Assembly (NCBI GenBank): GCA_963665275.2
Contig: CAXXIN010000017.1
Location: forward strand, 1-64,000
Direction of reading: 5' to 3'
Length of the DNA: 64,000 nt
DNA from: Negativicutes bacterium
Lineage (GTDB): Bacteria; Bacillota; Negativicutes; UBA1444
Position numbers and translations under genes: made by a program. Below the pieces are notes generated by a model. It searched no databases, was not told where the DNA came from, and saw only the letters and a program-made list of their open reading frames with translations. This document shows positions 11,145 through 21,377 of the stretch, one piece after another; positions within the stretch are counted from its first letter, which is position 1; each line of letters opens with the position of its first letter.

Positions 11145-12092
11145 TTACATGATAGCGTTGAACAGATACCCTGTGAAAATAATCGCCGCCGCGAGAATGC
11201 CGGCGAAGACCCCTATCAGCTGAATTTTCAGCACCCGCCGCAAAATGATCATCTCTGGGAAGCTGATTGCCGACACCGCCATCATAAAAGCCAGCGCCGT
11301 ACCAAGAGGCAGTCCCTTATCGAGCAATGCATAGACGATGGGAACCATCCCAGATGCGCTATTGTAAAGGGGAACACCAATTAAAACCACCAGGGGAACT
11401 GCAAAAGGATTACCTTTTCCTGCGTAAGCCATGATGAAATTATCCGGCACATACCCGTGAATAATCCCACCGATGGCAATAGCCACTACGATATACGGAG
11501 TGATTTGTTTCAGCAATACAAACGTAAAATTGCGTGCATCTACGAGCCTCGCGTCAAAGGTCGGCTCCGTCCATACGGCTTCCGTCATTTTGATTTCAAA
11601 CACATATTCCTCGACCCAACGTTCCAGCTTGAGCCTGCCGATGATCCAACCACCGACAATCGCAATAGTCACGCCGCTGGCCATGTAAATCAAAGCAACT
11701 TTCCAGCCGAACATGCCCCAAAGCAAGATTAAAGCGATTTCATTGACCATCGGTGAGGAAATCAAAAATGAAAAAGTGACTCCTAGTGGCACTCCAGCCT
11801 CAATGAACCCGATGAACAGCGGCACTGCTGAGCAAGAGCAGAACGGCGTCATGATGCCAATCAAAGCGGCCAAAATATGTCCGACGAACGTACGCTTTTG
11901 TCCCAAATATTTCTTCGTCTTCTCGGGAGGAAAATACGAGCGGATAATGGTGATAATGAAAATGGCCACTGCCAAAAGAACCAATATTTTCGGAACATCA
12001 TATACAAAAAAATACAAGGCATCGGTGAAATGTTCCCCTGGAGCCAGGTTCAGCCATTGATAAACAACCAGATCGGCAAAATACTCAAACAT
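11145..12092 (-). CDS. DUF318/ArsP-like permease
   Basis: TPFCSCSAVP, GVPLGVTFSFLISSP, GVPLY motifs; downstream of ArsR genes. Start taken at MFEYF. Confidence 0.85.
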   Translation of the reverse strand: MFEYFADLVVYQWLNLAPGEHFTDALYFFVYDVPKILVLLAVAIFIITIIRSYFPPEKTKKYLGQKRTFVGHILAALIGIMTPFCSCSAVPLFIGFIEAGVPLGVTFSFLISSPMVNEIALILLWGMFGWKVALIYMASGVTIAIVGGWIIGRLKLERWVEEYVFEIKMTEAVWTEPTFDARLVDARNFTFVLLKQITPYIVVAIAIGGIIHGYVPDNFIMAYAGKGNPFAVPLVVLIGVPLYNSASGMVPIVYALLDKGLPLGTALAFMMAVSAISFPEMIILRRVLKIQLIGVFAGILAAAIIFTGYLFNAIM

Positions 12093-12124
12093 AAATAACC
12101 CTTCTTCCAATTCATCAACTTCTA

Positions 12125-12523
12125 TCACAGACGGTTAGGTGATTTCGTTCCATTTCTTTCTTTATGGACAGCAGACTTTTGTATAATAGCGAGTACCGAG
12201 CTGATCAAGTTAATCGCCGTCGGATTTAGGCTGTAGTAGATCCACTTTCCTTCCCGCGTGTCACGAACCACACCTGCCTGTCGCAAAATCTTCAGGTGGT
12301 GAGATATTGCCGGTTGCGACATGTCGAAGGCATCCAGGATATCGCATACACAAAGCTCCTTGCCTAGCAACATCTGCACAATTGCCAGACGGGTCTCGTC
12401 CCCTAATGCTTTAAAGAGCTCCGCCACTACTGCCGGAGTTTCCCCCGCCAGGCGGGACTTGAATATTTTCTCTGCTACACTGGCTTTAAGTCCTGTTGAC
12501 ATATTTTGAACCCTCTTTTTCAA
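12125..12523 (-). CDS. ArsR/SmtB family repressor
   Basis: FKALGDETRL, ELCVCD, SQPAISHHLKIL, REGKWIYY. Confidence 0.9.
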   Translation of the reverse strand: MKKRVQNMSTGLKASVAEKIFKSRLAGETPAVVAELFKALGDETRLAIVQMLLGKELCVCDILDAFDMSQPAISHHLKILRQAGVVRDTREGKWIYYSLNPTAINLISSVLAIIQKSAVHKERNGTKSPNRL

Positions 12524-12527
12524 TTCT

Positions 12528-12551
12528 ACGTATTTAAACTTGTTTATATGT
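12528..12551. promoter_or_regulatory. Putative ArsR operator next to a sigma70-like promoter
   Basis: Imperfect inverted repeat ATATAAAC-AA-GTTTAAAT on the minus strand, adjoining TTGAAA-N16-TAACAT. Confidence 0.45.
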
Positions 12552-12632
12552 TATCGCAAATAAATCTCTTTTTCAAGAGCAAATCCATATGGAACATGAA
12601 AAAAATAGCCGTGAAGTAAATTGCTCTGCATT

Positions 12633-13007
12633 CTACTCTTCGTTTATCTCGACGGAGTGTTCGCAACTACCGCCCTTTTCTCTATACTTTTTAAGTCGCT
12701 TCAAGTCTATTTGGAATTTGAGATTTTTGTCGAGCTCTTGCTCCAGAAGTTCTTTCACAAAAGTATGCGTCTGCAGCATATTTTCGTCAATCCGGTAGTA
12801 TACCCACTGGGCGTGTTTTTCTGAAATAATCAGTTTGCAGCTTCGCAGCTTCGTTAAATGCCTTGAAGCATTTGACTGGCTAAGTTTTAATATTTCTTCC
12901 AAGTCGCACACGCACAAGGTCTCTTTGCGCAACACATTCAAAATCCGCATTCGTGTTTCATCAGCCAATGCCTTGAGCACTTCAATAATCTCCATAAGCG
13001 CCTCCAC
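12633..13007 (-). CDS. Second ArsR/SmtB family repressor
   Basis: LKALADETRMRI, TLCVCD, SQSNASRHL, AQWVYY; C-terminal Cys. Confidence 0.88.
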   Translation of the reverse strand: MEALMEIIEVLKALADETRMRILNVLRKETLCVCDLEEILKLSQSNASRHLTKLRSCKLIISEKHAQWVYYRIDENMLQTHTFVKELLEQELDKNLKFQIDLKRLKKYREKGGSCEHSVEINEE

Positions 13008-13234
13008 TTTCCATGAGTAAAACCACCATTATCATTTTATATTCATTTTTACTCATATACAATCTGCTGTCAACGAGAACGTGTTTTTTCTCGAGGCATG
13101 CCTGATGCGATTTTCAACGGCAAGGCCGACGTTGAGAGATAGTTGGCTATAGGAAAGAAAAAACAGGACCTGCTTCTTTCGCATGATCCTGTCAAAAGCC
13201 TATTTATTCAAGCTCTCAAGTTCTTTTGAGCGAG

Positions 13235-13699
13235 TTAGCCTTGCCCGCCTGTCCATCGCACAGAAATATTCCCGGAATCGTTAAAATTGTGTCTTCTGAA
13301 ATAAACCGTACGTTGGTTAGTGCCAGAGGGAGTATAACTGCCGCGATAATAATCAAACTTCTCACGAATCACAGTAGCAGCTTTCCCTTCATTCTGGCTA
13401 CGCGCGCCCCATATGAGGCCTCCAGTGGATTGTGCATATAGATAGGCATGATCCACTTGGTCCGTATCAGGGAAATTAAAATTTTTCGTCGTATTCGCAG
13501 GAATACTGTACCAACCCTTGCATAGCCAGTCCTCCATCGAATCGTCATAATACATAATCGCAAAAGTCAGTGCCTGCTCAGTGTCATTCTTTGCCGTTAA
13601 ACTAAAGGCCAGCGCCGATTGCGGTAAGGTCAACATAATCAATACCAGTAAAATTGCCACAAATGATGCTTTCAGCGACCGTAGATACCCAGTTCCCAT
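13235..13699 (-). CDS. Secreted DUF1036-like protein
   Basis: Signal peptide, then AIMYYD...WLCKGWYSI...YLYAQ...WG pattern. Confidence 0.6.
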   Translation of the reverse strand: MGTGYLRSLKASFVAILLVLIMLTLPQSALAFSLTAKNDTEQALTFAIMYYDDSMEDWLCKGWYSIPANTTKNFNFPDTDQVDHAYLYAQSTGGLIWGARSQNEGKAATVIREKFDYYRGSYTPSGTNQRTVYFRRHNFNDSGNISVRWTGGQG

Positions 13700-13831
13700 T
13701 ATTCTTTTTCTCCCATCGTTTTCACAAAACGTATTTATGTAAAAGCTACCCCATCAGCTTACACATTCTACCATCATTTCCTTAGTTTTTCCAGTCGTCA
13801 TAATTTCCAAGCATAATTGTTTTACCCGTTT

Positions 13832-16006
13832 TCATTGGCATCCATTCTCTGACTCCAGTTTTGCCTTAAAGTTAATTTTTCGCAGCGTTCCGATATCATC
13901 GAATTTGATCACATAGGCTGCTTTATCGCAGTCGATATCGACCACTTCCCCACTTCCCAATATGCTGTGAACGACTCGATCTCCCAGGTTGAAGGCTGGC
14001 CCAGCAGACGTCGCTTCCAACATTTTTTCAGTGCTGGTGATGCTCCATGTTGTCCCTGATACCAAACTGTCGTCCAATTCCTCCGTGTAAGCTAGCAGCT
14101 TCTTGTCCACATTAAAGATGAAGCGCGACGGATAGCGATACGAACCGTCCAGATTCCGTCCTTCCGCATCAGTAAGAAACAGCGCATTTTTCGCACGGGT
14201 CAAGGCGACGAAGGCAAGCCGGCGTTCCTCCTCCATCCCCTCAAGAGTGGCTGTCTTCTTCGACGGGAACACACCTTCCTCAAGTCCGCAGAGAAATACA
14301 GCAGGAAACTCCAGCCCCTTCGCGGTGTGCACAGTCATCAGCTTTACCGCATTTTTGCCGGAAACTGCGTCTGTATTCGTCAGGAGCGCCACACGAACCA
14401 GATAGTTTTCGATCGTACATTCCTCGCCGCAGGACGCCTCGTATTCATAGACCGATTGCTTCAATTCCGCCAAATTGTCCAATCGTTCCTGACTGCCCTC
14501 CGTCCGGAGCATCGCTTCATAGCCGCTCTGATCGAGGAGTGCGCTCAGGACCTCGGATACAGGAAGATCCTCATAACCGGTGGAAAAGCGCTCCAGCAGG
14601 GTCAGAAATTTCTTTGCCTTTGTGTTTTTGAAAATTTCATTATCGATCGTCCTCGCAAGCGCGTTATACAGCGAACATTGATTCTGAGCAGCATAATCCT
14701 GCAGAAACTTCACCCGCCGTTCACCGATATTGCGTTTCGGTACATTGACCACCCGCAAAAAAGATAAGTCATCCCGATAAACGATCAACCGCAGATAGGA
14801 AAGCGCGTCCTTGATCTCCATCCGGCCAAAAAACTGTACTCCGCTGTAAATTGTGTAGGGGATCTCTTCTTTTCGGAACCCTTCTTCAAGCGAGCGCGAG
14901 AGGTAGTGGGCGCGATACAGAATGGCAATGTCGCCGAGTCTCTCACCCTTACCGGTCAGCTCCTTGATTTGATGCGCGATCCACAGAGCCTCCGCTTCCG
15001 CAGTTTTGGCGTGATGATAAACGACTGCGCTGCCGTCCGGCAAGATTGGGAGCAAAGCCTTTTTTAGACGATTTCTATTGTTTCCGATCAGGGAATTGGC
15101 CACAGCCACAATCTGCGGCGTTGATCGGTAATTATCCATCATCAGAATTGTCCGAACATCCGGAAACTCTTTGTCAAAGTCCAATATATACCGCACGCTG
15201 GCGCCACGCCATGTGTAGATCGTCTGATCCGGGTCGCCCACAATAAACAGGTTTTGGTGGTATGCACACAATACCTTCATCAACCCATACTGCAACGAAT
15301 CAATGTCCTGATATTCATCGATCATGATATATTCCAGCCGCTGCTGCCATTTGAGCCTGATCTCATCATTGATACTGAAAAGATAAAGCACATATTTGAT
15401 CAGGTCATTGTAGTCGAGACCGAAGCATTTCTTTTCCTGGTAAAGATATCCCCAAAAAATGATGTCATCCGGTTCCACTGCATCCAGATACTTCTGATGC
15501 AGTTCGTCCAAAGGAAACGCGATCATATGCTCATAGTATTCCGGGTCTTTAAAGATCTTGCGTATTTCGATCATGTCCCGCGCTTTTCCGAAGGTCATGT
15601 GGCGCAGCGTGAGACCTCGTTCTTCATAAATGATCTTCAGCATCGCGTCTATATCGGAATTATCCAGCACCAGAAAACTTTTGGGATAGTGCAGCGCATT
15701 GATATCTTCCTGCAAAACAGACACGCAAAAACTGTGAAACGTACTGATATAGCCAGTGTCGCTGTCACCGGTGAGACGCCGGATGCGCTGTTTCATCTCA
15801 TTCGCGGATTTGTTGGTGAAAGTGACACAGAGAATGTTGGATGGCATGATGCCAATCTCGTTTACCAGATAGGCGAATCGGTGCGATAGCGCCCGCGTCT
15901 TGCCGGACCCCGCACCTGCTATCACGCGTATGTAGCCTTCAGTAGTAGTTACAGCCTGTCGCTGCTGTTCATTAAGCCCCTCCAACAGATCGCTATCCAT
16001 CACCAA
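13832..16006 (-). CDS. UvrD/PcrA/Rep superfamily 1 DNA helicase
   Basis: AGAGSGKT, DEYQD, VGDPDQTIY, NYRST, TVHTAKGLEF, EERRLAFVALTRA; C-terminal Tudor-like tail. Confidence 0.93.
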   Translation of the reverse strand: MVMDSDLLEGLNEQQRQAVTTTEGYIRVIAGAGSGKTRALSHRFAYLVNEIGIMPSNILCVTFTNKSANEMKQRIRRLTGDSDTGYISTFHSFCVSVLQEDINALHYPKSFLVLDNSDIDAMLKIIYEERGLTLRHMTFGKARDMIEIRKIFKDPEYYEHMIAFPLDELHQKYLDAVEPDDIIFWGYLYQEKKCFGLDYNDLIKYVLYLFSINDEIRLKWQQRLEYIMIDEYQDIDSLQYGLMKVLCAYHQNLFIVGDPDQTIYTWRGASVRYILDFDKEFPDVRTILMMDNYRSTPQIVAVANSLIGNNRNRLKKALLPILPDGSAVVYHHAKTAEAEALWIAHQIKELTGKGERLGDIAILYRAHYLSRSLEEGFRKEEIPYTIYSGVQFFGRMEIKDALSYLRLIVYRDDLSFLRVVNVPKRNIGERRVKFLQDYAAQNQCSLYNALARTIDNEIFKNTKAKKFLTLLERFSTGYEDLPVSEVLSALLDQSGYEAMLRTEGSQERLDNLAELKQSVYEYEASCGEECTIENYLVRVALLTNTDAVSGKNAVKLMTVHTAKGLEFPAVFLCGLEEGVFPSKKTATLEGMEEERRLAFVALTRAKNALFLTDAEGRNLDGSYRYPSRFIFNVDKKLLAYTEELDDSLVSGTTWSITSTEKMLEATSAGPAFNLGDRVVHSILGSGEVVDIDCDKAAYVIKFDDIGTLRKINFKAKLESENGCQ

Positions 16007-16100
16007 TCACCCACTTCATCTCATTTTACAGAACGTTTGTTTCGTATTGTAAGTATAACTGATTCACTATTTCGTGTAAAGATAAGTGCCCCTCCGACAG

Positions 16101-16148
16101 CAGGAAGGCATCCGGCAAGGCGCTTTTCACCTGTCGGATGCCTTCCTG
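16101..16148. terminator. Stem-loop downstream of the VOC gene
   Basis: CAGGAAGGCATCCG...CGGATGCCTTCCTG inverted repeat. Confidence 0.55.
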
Positions 16149-16183
16149 TGTAGCAAATATTTGTGGACCGATCAACCCTTAAA

Positions 16184-16555
16184 TCATGTCATGGAGTGAA
16201 GAGCTACCTTGTTACCTTCGCTGTCCTCAAAGTGGGCAACAAAACCGTATTCGGCAATGGACATCTTGGGCAGGATCGTTTTACCGCCGCTCGCAATCAC
16301 TTTTCCCAGGGTTCCATCGATATCACCAACGCTAAAATAGACCAAGGTTCCGTCATGGGAGGGCTTGTAACCTTCCGCCTGCACAAGGGTCCCGGCCGAT
16401 CCGCAGGTATCATCCACCATGGGAAACTGATACATCTGCATCGGCCTCATTGACAGCATGCTCAACTCGACATCGAACACAGACTCATAAAATTTTCTGG
16501 CCCGTTCCATGTCATTCACCGGGATTTCAAACCAATTTACGGGATTCGTTTTCAT
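16184..16555 (-). CDS. VOC/glyoxalase family protein
   Basis: VNWFEIPVNDMERARKFY...FEDSEGNKVALH. Confidence 0.88.
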   Translation of the reverse strand: MKTNPVNWFEIPVNDMERARKFYESVFDVELSMLSMRPMQMYQFPMVDDTCGSAGTLVQAEGYKPSHDGTLVYFSVGDIDGTLGKVIASGGKTILPKMSIAEYGFVAHFEDSEGNKVALHSMT

Positions 16556-16764
16556 CGGTTTTCCCTCCTCTGAATTACGGTGCGGCGGAATCTTAGTTAC
16601 TTGTAACCTTTCCAGTTTCAGCGCTGCCAGCTCGTTCCCGTTTCGTCAACATCCGTCCATCGCTTTGATTCGGATGCGGAATGCTGCAGCACCACATCAG
16701 AGAGTATCCTACACCTTTTGGCTATGAGATAATGAATATACGATTACAATGGAAGGTACTTCTT

Positions 16765-17151
16765 ATGAACCTATCCTCATTTTTCAGTTGGTGTCGAAAC
16801 CAGTCTGCTGAACTTAAGGCTAACATCACTACGATGATCGTCGCCATGCGTCACCCGGCCACGCCTTGGTATGCACGGGTCTTTACAGCAATGGTTGTTG
16901 CCTATGTCATCAGCCCAATCGACTTGATACCGGACTTCATTCCCATTTTCGGCTACCTCGATGACTTGATTCTGATTCTGCTGGGAATCATCATGGCGGG
17001 CAAAATGATTCCCGCGAGCGTTTGGATTGAGTGCAGAATGCGTTCCTCCAACGAACCCATTCCACGCAGTCTGTATTTTTTGGGGATCAGCATCGTCATT
17101 TGTGGATGGATCGGAACAGTCTATTTCCTATATTGCTGGCTATTCCTTTAA
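16765..17151 (+). CDS. YkvA/DUF1232 membrane protein
   Basis: TPWYAR...YVISPIDLIPDFIPIFGYLDD. Start taken at ATG 16765. Confidence 0.85.
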   Translation: MNLSSFFSWCRNQSAELKANITTMIVAMRHPATPWYARVFTAMVVAYVISPIDLIPDFIPIFGYLDDLILILLGIIMAGKMIPASVWIECRMRSSNEPIPRSLYFLGISIVICGWIGTVYFLYCWLFL

Positions 17152-18011
17152 CCCACCGTGTTCGTTAAAACGCCCAATTCACCGATAGACAATTCCATTT
17201 GATCCCCTGTTTGCAGAAAACGGGGCGGCTTAAATCCAGCGCCCACGCCGGCAGGAGTTCCAGTGGCGATGATATCGCCGGGTTCAAGGGTAAGTCCAGC
17301 CGAAATTGTCGCGATCAATTCGGGGATTTTGAAAACGAGATCGCCGGTATTGGCGTTTTGGCGAAACTCACCATTAACTTTTAATGTAATCGGCAAGTTT
17401 TGCACATTGGCAACAGCGCTTTTGTGAACCAGATAAGGTCCCATGGGTGCAAAGGTATCGAGGCCTTTACCTCTAAGCCACTGCATATGTCTTTTTTGCA
17501 AGTCGCGGGCAGTAACATCGTTGATTATCGTATAACCGAAAATATGATCCCAGGCATCTTCCTGGGAAATATACGTTCCCTTTTTCCCGATGATAACTGC
17601 CAGCTCCACTTCATAGTCGAGCTCACTGGTGACCTGAGGGTGGCTGTTGATTTTGTCATTCGGACCAATGACGGTCGTCGGAGGTTTGCTGAAAATGACC
17701 GGATGTTTAGGGACGGCTACATTCACATCCTGCGTTTTGTCAAATTCCAACGCATGCTCAACATAGTTTTTTCCGATACAAAAAATGTTTTTTCGGGGTC
17801 GGGGAATGGGGGCCATCAATCGAACAGAGGTCAACGGAATAAGAGGATAGTCATTCTCCTTGGCAAGGATTTTTTCGACTGTATCAATGGCGCTTTGACC
17901 CTGTTCCAACAGTTCCAGCATCGTGCCAGGCAGTGGGATGATTGACCCTTTGTCCGCACTCAGAACTCCGATGGCAATAACGCCACCCTTTTCGTAGGTT
18001 GCAAAATACAT
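17148..18011 (-). CDS. Fumarylacetoacetate hydrolase family protein
   Basis: CIGKNY, LDYEVEL, NDVTARD, GDIIATGTPAGVG. Confidence 0.92.
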   Translation of the reverse strand: MYFATYEKGGVIAIGVLSADKGSIIPLPGTMLELLEQGQSAIDTVEKILAKENDYPLIPLTSVRLMAPIPRPRKNIFCIGKNYVEHALEFDKTQDVNVAVPKHPVIFSKPPTTVIGPNDKINSHPQVTSELDYEVELAVIIGKKGTYISQEDAWDHIFGYTIINDVTARDLQKRHMQWLRGKGLDTFAPMGPYLVHKSAVANVQNLPITLKVNGEFRQNANTGDLVFKIPELIATISAGLTLEPGDIIATGTPAGVGAGFKPPRFLQTGDQMELSIGELGVLTNTVG

Positions 18012-18065
18012 TTTTCATTCCTCCTGATTTCTTTATCGGCAAATATGCTTAACCTTCACTTTGGC

Positions 18066-19016
18066 CTAGGTAGTGATTTTCCTTGCTTGCATAAACTCAA
18101 TGAAGTCCTTGCCGATCTTCGAAAGCGGCTGCGCTTTTTTATAATACATCATGATATTGCGTGTTGAATTCTCGTCATCGATTTTATAGAAATACAATTT
18201 GTCGGTGGCCTCCAGGTAATTGGTAATGCCCGCGCGCACAAAAGCGAGACCTTTCCCACTACAGGCAATATAATAGGTAGTAAGCAATTGATCAAGATAC
18301 ATGGCCACTCGCGGAGTAAAGCCCGCCTTCCTGAACATTTTCAAGCTTCGCTCGTACATATCATTTCCTTGTTTCAACAACAGAAACGTTTCGTTTTCAA
18401 ATTCGCTCAGGCTAATCGGCGGATACTTTTGATCCAAATACTGTCCACTGCCAACCTCATCAAAGCTCAGACGATAGTTTTCCAAACGCTGGTTCACTTC
18501 ATAGGCTGCCGGAACTGCCAAGACAATTTGTTCTTCCGCCCACACCACAGAATTGAAGGTATTAGGGTCCAATTTTTCGACATCTAAAGCAATGTCAATA
18601 CTGCCCGCCCGCAGACATTTGACCAGATCCTCCGCGTTCGCCTCCAGAAGACTTACCATGTACCCCGGATATTCCAGTTGAAACTCTTGAATAATCGTTG
18701 GCAAAACGTACGCACAAAAAAATGATGCGCTTCCTATATTGATCGTCTCACGGTTATTGCCCAGTAAACTTGCAAAATGTGTCGCCATTTCTTTTTCGAT
18801 TCGCATAATCTTCTCTATGGATTCAATATAGTATTCACCGGACGATGTAAGTTGTATCGGGTTTCCGCTTCGATCGAAAATAGGAAGTCCGATTTCTTCT
18901 TCCACCTTTTTTATCGCAGCACTAAGCGCCGGCTGAGAAATATATAGTTTCTCCGCCGCCTTCGAAAAACTTTTGTTTAAATAAACTGCATAAACATAAT
19001 TCATGTATTTAAACAT
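18066..19016 (-). CDS. LysR family transcriptional regulator
   Basis: SFSKAAEKLYISQPALS HTH. Start probably ATG 19016 rather than 19130. Confidence 0.9.
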   Translation of the reverse strand: MFKYMNYVYAVYLNKSFSKAAEKLYISQPALSAAIKKVEEEIGLPIFDRSGNPIQLTSSGEYYIESIEKIMRIEKEMATHFASLLGNNRETINIGSASFFCAYVLPTIIQEFQLEYPGYMVSLLEANAEDLVKCLRAGSIDIALDVEKLDPNTFNSVVWAEEQIVLAVPAAYEVNQRLENYRLSFDEVGSGQYLDQKYPPISLSEFENETFLLLKQGNDMYERSLKMFRKAGFTPRVAMYLDQLLTTYYIACSGKGLAFVRAGITNYLEATDKLYFYKIDDENSTRNIMMYYKKAQPLSKIGKDFIEFMQARKITT

Positions 19017-19152
19017 AGAACTCCTTATTCCCAAACGCATCTTTCGCTGCCAACTCAATATTTTATTAAATTTTACACCTACGCTTATTTCCCCTTTTTT
19101 CCCGCCATAGCAAAAACAATATACTCTCATATAAATTCAAGTATTTGCCACC

Positions 19153-20439
19153 ATGGGAAAAAAGCAACTACTATTAAAGTATGCAATCCTAATCGACACA
19201 GAACGAGAAAGCGAGGGTAAGACATTGGATTTACTGCATGAAAAATTTTTAAAACTTGGGGTTGAAAATGCTCCCGGACAAGAAAACCTTCAGGACACAA
19301 CCGAAATTAATCATCTTGGAGAGAAGCTCTCTGGAACACCGGTTGACTTTTCACACGGCGATGTCGATGCCTTTGGGCCCATTCCCGGCACATTGGATGT
19401 ATTTATCGCCGGAGTTCAACTCGGCGCCAAGCAGGCCTATACCGAATATCGCGGCAGTAAAATCATTCGGGAGGATGCAGCCCTTAAGCTTGCGAATTTC
19501 ACCGGTGCACCGATCGATGCAGACCGGAATATCATCATCACACCCGGAACACAGGGGGCGCTGTTTCTGGCCATGGGATCCGCCGTTGCCAGGGGCGACA
19601 AAGTTGCCATCGTAGCGCCCGATTATTTTGCCAATCGAAAACTTGTCGAATTCTTTGACGGTGAAGTCGTTCCGATCCAGATGGACTATTTCAATGCAAC
19701 CGCTTGCGCCGGTCTGGACCTAAATCAGCTTGAAGCCACCTTCAAATCGGGCGTCAAACTCTTTTTGTTCTCCAACCCCAACAACCCGACTGGCGTAATC
19801 TATTCGCCGGCAGAGATTCGCGCAATTGCTGAACTGGCACAAAAATATGGAGCAACCGTCATCGCGGATGAACTATATTCGCGTCAGATTTTTGAAGAAA
19901 GAACCTACACTCACCTATGCGCTCAGAATTTGATTGATCCTGAAAAGTTAATCACCATCACGGGCCCATCGAAAACAGAGTCGCTCAGTGGTTATCGCCT
20001 GGGCGTAGCGTTTGGTTCCGCTGCCATCATTGACCGGATGGAAAAACTGCAGGCCATTGTATCCTTGCGGGCCGGCGGCTATAGCCAGGCGGTGATGAAA
20101 TCCTGGTTTGCCGAACCGGAAGGCTGGATGAAACAGCGGATTGCCAAGCACCAGGCCATCCGTGATGATTTATTGGCACAGCTTCGCTCAGTGGAGGGTG
20201 TTAAGGCGCGAACAACAGAGGCAGGCAGTTATCTCTTCCCCAGGATTCCCGCGTTGGATGTCACCATCAAGGAGTTTGTACGGATTCTTCGCCTGCAGGC
20301 CGACGTCACTGTAACGCCGGGTACCGAATTCGGCGCACAGTTCACCAGCAGTTTCCGCATCAACTTTTCACAAAACCACCAGGCGGCTGTTGCGGCAATG
20401 GACCGAATCATTAAGGTCATGAATCGGCATCGTAAATAA
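19153..20439 (+). CDS. PLP-dependent class I/II aminotransferase
   Basis: SNPNNPTG, DELYS, GPSKTESLSGYRLG. True start is likely TTG near 19226. Confidence 0.9.
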   Translation: MGKKQLLLKYAILIDTERESEGKTLDLLHEKFLKLGVENAPGQENLQDTTEINHLGEKLSGTPVDFSHGDVDAFGPIPGTLDVFIAGVQLGAKQAYTEYRGSKIIREDAALKLANFTGAPIDADRNIIITPGTQGALFLAMGSAVARGDKVAIVAPDYFANRKLVEFFDGEVVPIQMDYFNATACAGLDLNQLEATFKSGVKLFLFSNPNNPTGVIYSPAEIRAIAELAQKYGATVIADELYSRQIFEERTYTHLCAQNLIDPEKLITITGPSKTESLSGYRLGVAFGSAAIIDRMEKLQAIVSLRAGGYSQAVMKSWFAEPEGWMKQRIAKHQAIRDDLLAQLRSVEGVKARTTEAGSYLFPRIPALDVTIKEFVRILRLQADVTVTPGTEFGAQFTSSFRINFSQNHQAAVAAMDRIIKVMNRHRK

Positions 20440-20502
20440 ACGGTGGAGGCGCTTCCAGAGCTTTACGACTTGCAATAGTAGGGTTGCCCGAGAACAAGAA
20501 AA

Positions 20503-20554
20503 CAGCCCCGTTTCTTTATCCTAAACGAATAAGAAACGGGGCTGCAGTTTTTTT
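20503..20554. terminator. Bidirectional terminator between the aminotransferase and crt
   Basis: CAGCCCCGTTTCTT...AAGAAACGGGGCTG with flanking A/T tracts. Confidence 0.7.
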
Positions 20555-20570
20555 ACTCGATCAAAAAAAT

Positions 20571-21362
20571 TTACGCCCCCGCAAACTGCGCTTTACGCTT
20601 CTCGGCGAAGGCAGCCATCCCTTCTTTCTGATCGTTCGTCGCGAAACACAGGCCAAAGACTTCTGCTTCATAGGCGGTCCCGGTCTCAAGATCAGTATCC
20701 ATTCCTTCGTTGACTGCCGCTTTGCACAACTGCACAGCCACCGGTGCGCGCAACTGTATTTTTAACGCCATAGCTCTGGCTGCGGCCATCAGTGACTCAG
20801 CAGACGCTATTTCATTCACCAATCCAATACGGAACGCTTCCTGCGCGTCGATGGTATCGGCAGTGTAGAGCAGTTGTTTGGCACGGCCTTTACCGACTAA
20901 GCGAGGCAATCTCTGTGTACCACCGAATCCCGGCGTGATCCCGAGAGTAACTTCCGGTTGACCAAACTTCGCTTTCTCGGAAGCAATACGAATATCGCAG
21001 GCCATGGCCAGCTCACAACCGCCGCCCAGAGCAAAACCATTGACTGCAGCAATAACCGGCTGCGGCAAATTCTCTATCTTGTTGAATACCGCTTGCCCCA
21101 ACTTACCAAAATTTCGGCCTTCGATAGCTGACATCGACTGCATCTGGGTAATGTCGGCGCCGGCCACAAAAGCCTTTTCACCACTGCCTGTAAGAATAAC
21201 CACCTGAACTGAGGGATCTTTGGCCAACGCATCCACCAATTGATTCAATTCTTCCAAGGTCTCCCGATTCAGGGCATTTAGAGCTTTAGGCCGGTTCATG
21301 GTAATCAAACCAATTCCGTCCTGATTCTCATAAAGCAGATTTGCAAAATTCATTTTTCTCAC
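20571..21362 (-). CDS. crt: Short-chain enoyl-CoA hydratase (crotonase)
   Basis: NRPKALNAL, AFVAGADI, GFALGGGCELAMACD, GQPEVTLGITPGFGGTQRL. Confidence 0.92.
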   Translation of the reverse strand: MRKMNFANLLYENQDGIGLITMNRPKALNALNRETLEELNQLVDALAKDPSVQVVILTGSGEKAFVAGADITQMQSMSAIEGRNFGKLGQAVFNKIENLPQPVIAAVNGFALGGGCELAMACDIRIASEKAKFGQPEVTLGITPGFGGTQRLPRLVGKGRAKQLLYTADTIDAQEAFRIGLVNEIASAESLMAAARAMALKIQLRAPVAVQLCKAAVNEGMDTDLETGTAYEAEVFGLCFATNDQKEGMAAFAEKRKAQFAGA

Positions 21363-21377
21363 ACCCGCCTATTGCTT

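Noticed and set aside
13832-16006. UvrD helicase as part of a defence system
   Set aside because: No adjacent nuclease, ATPase or methylase gene; it looks like a standalone SF1 helicase.
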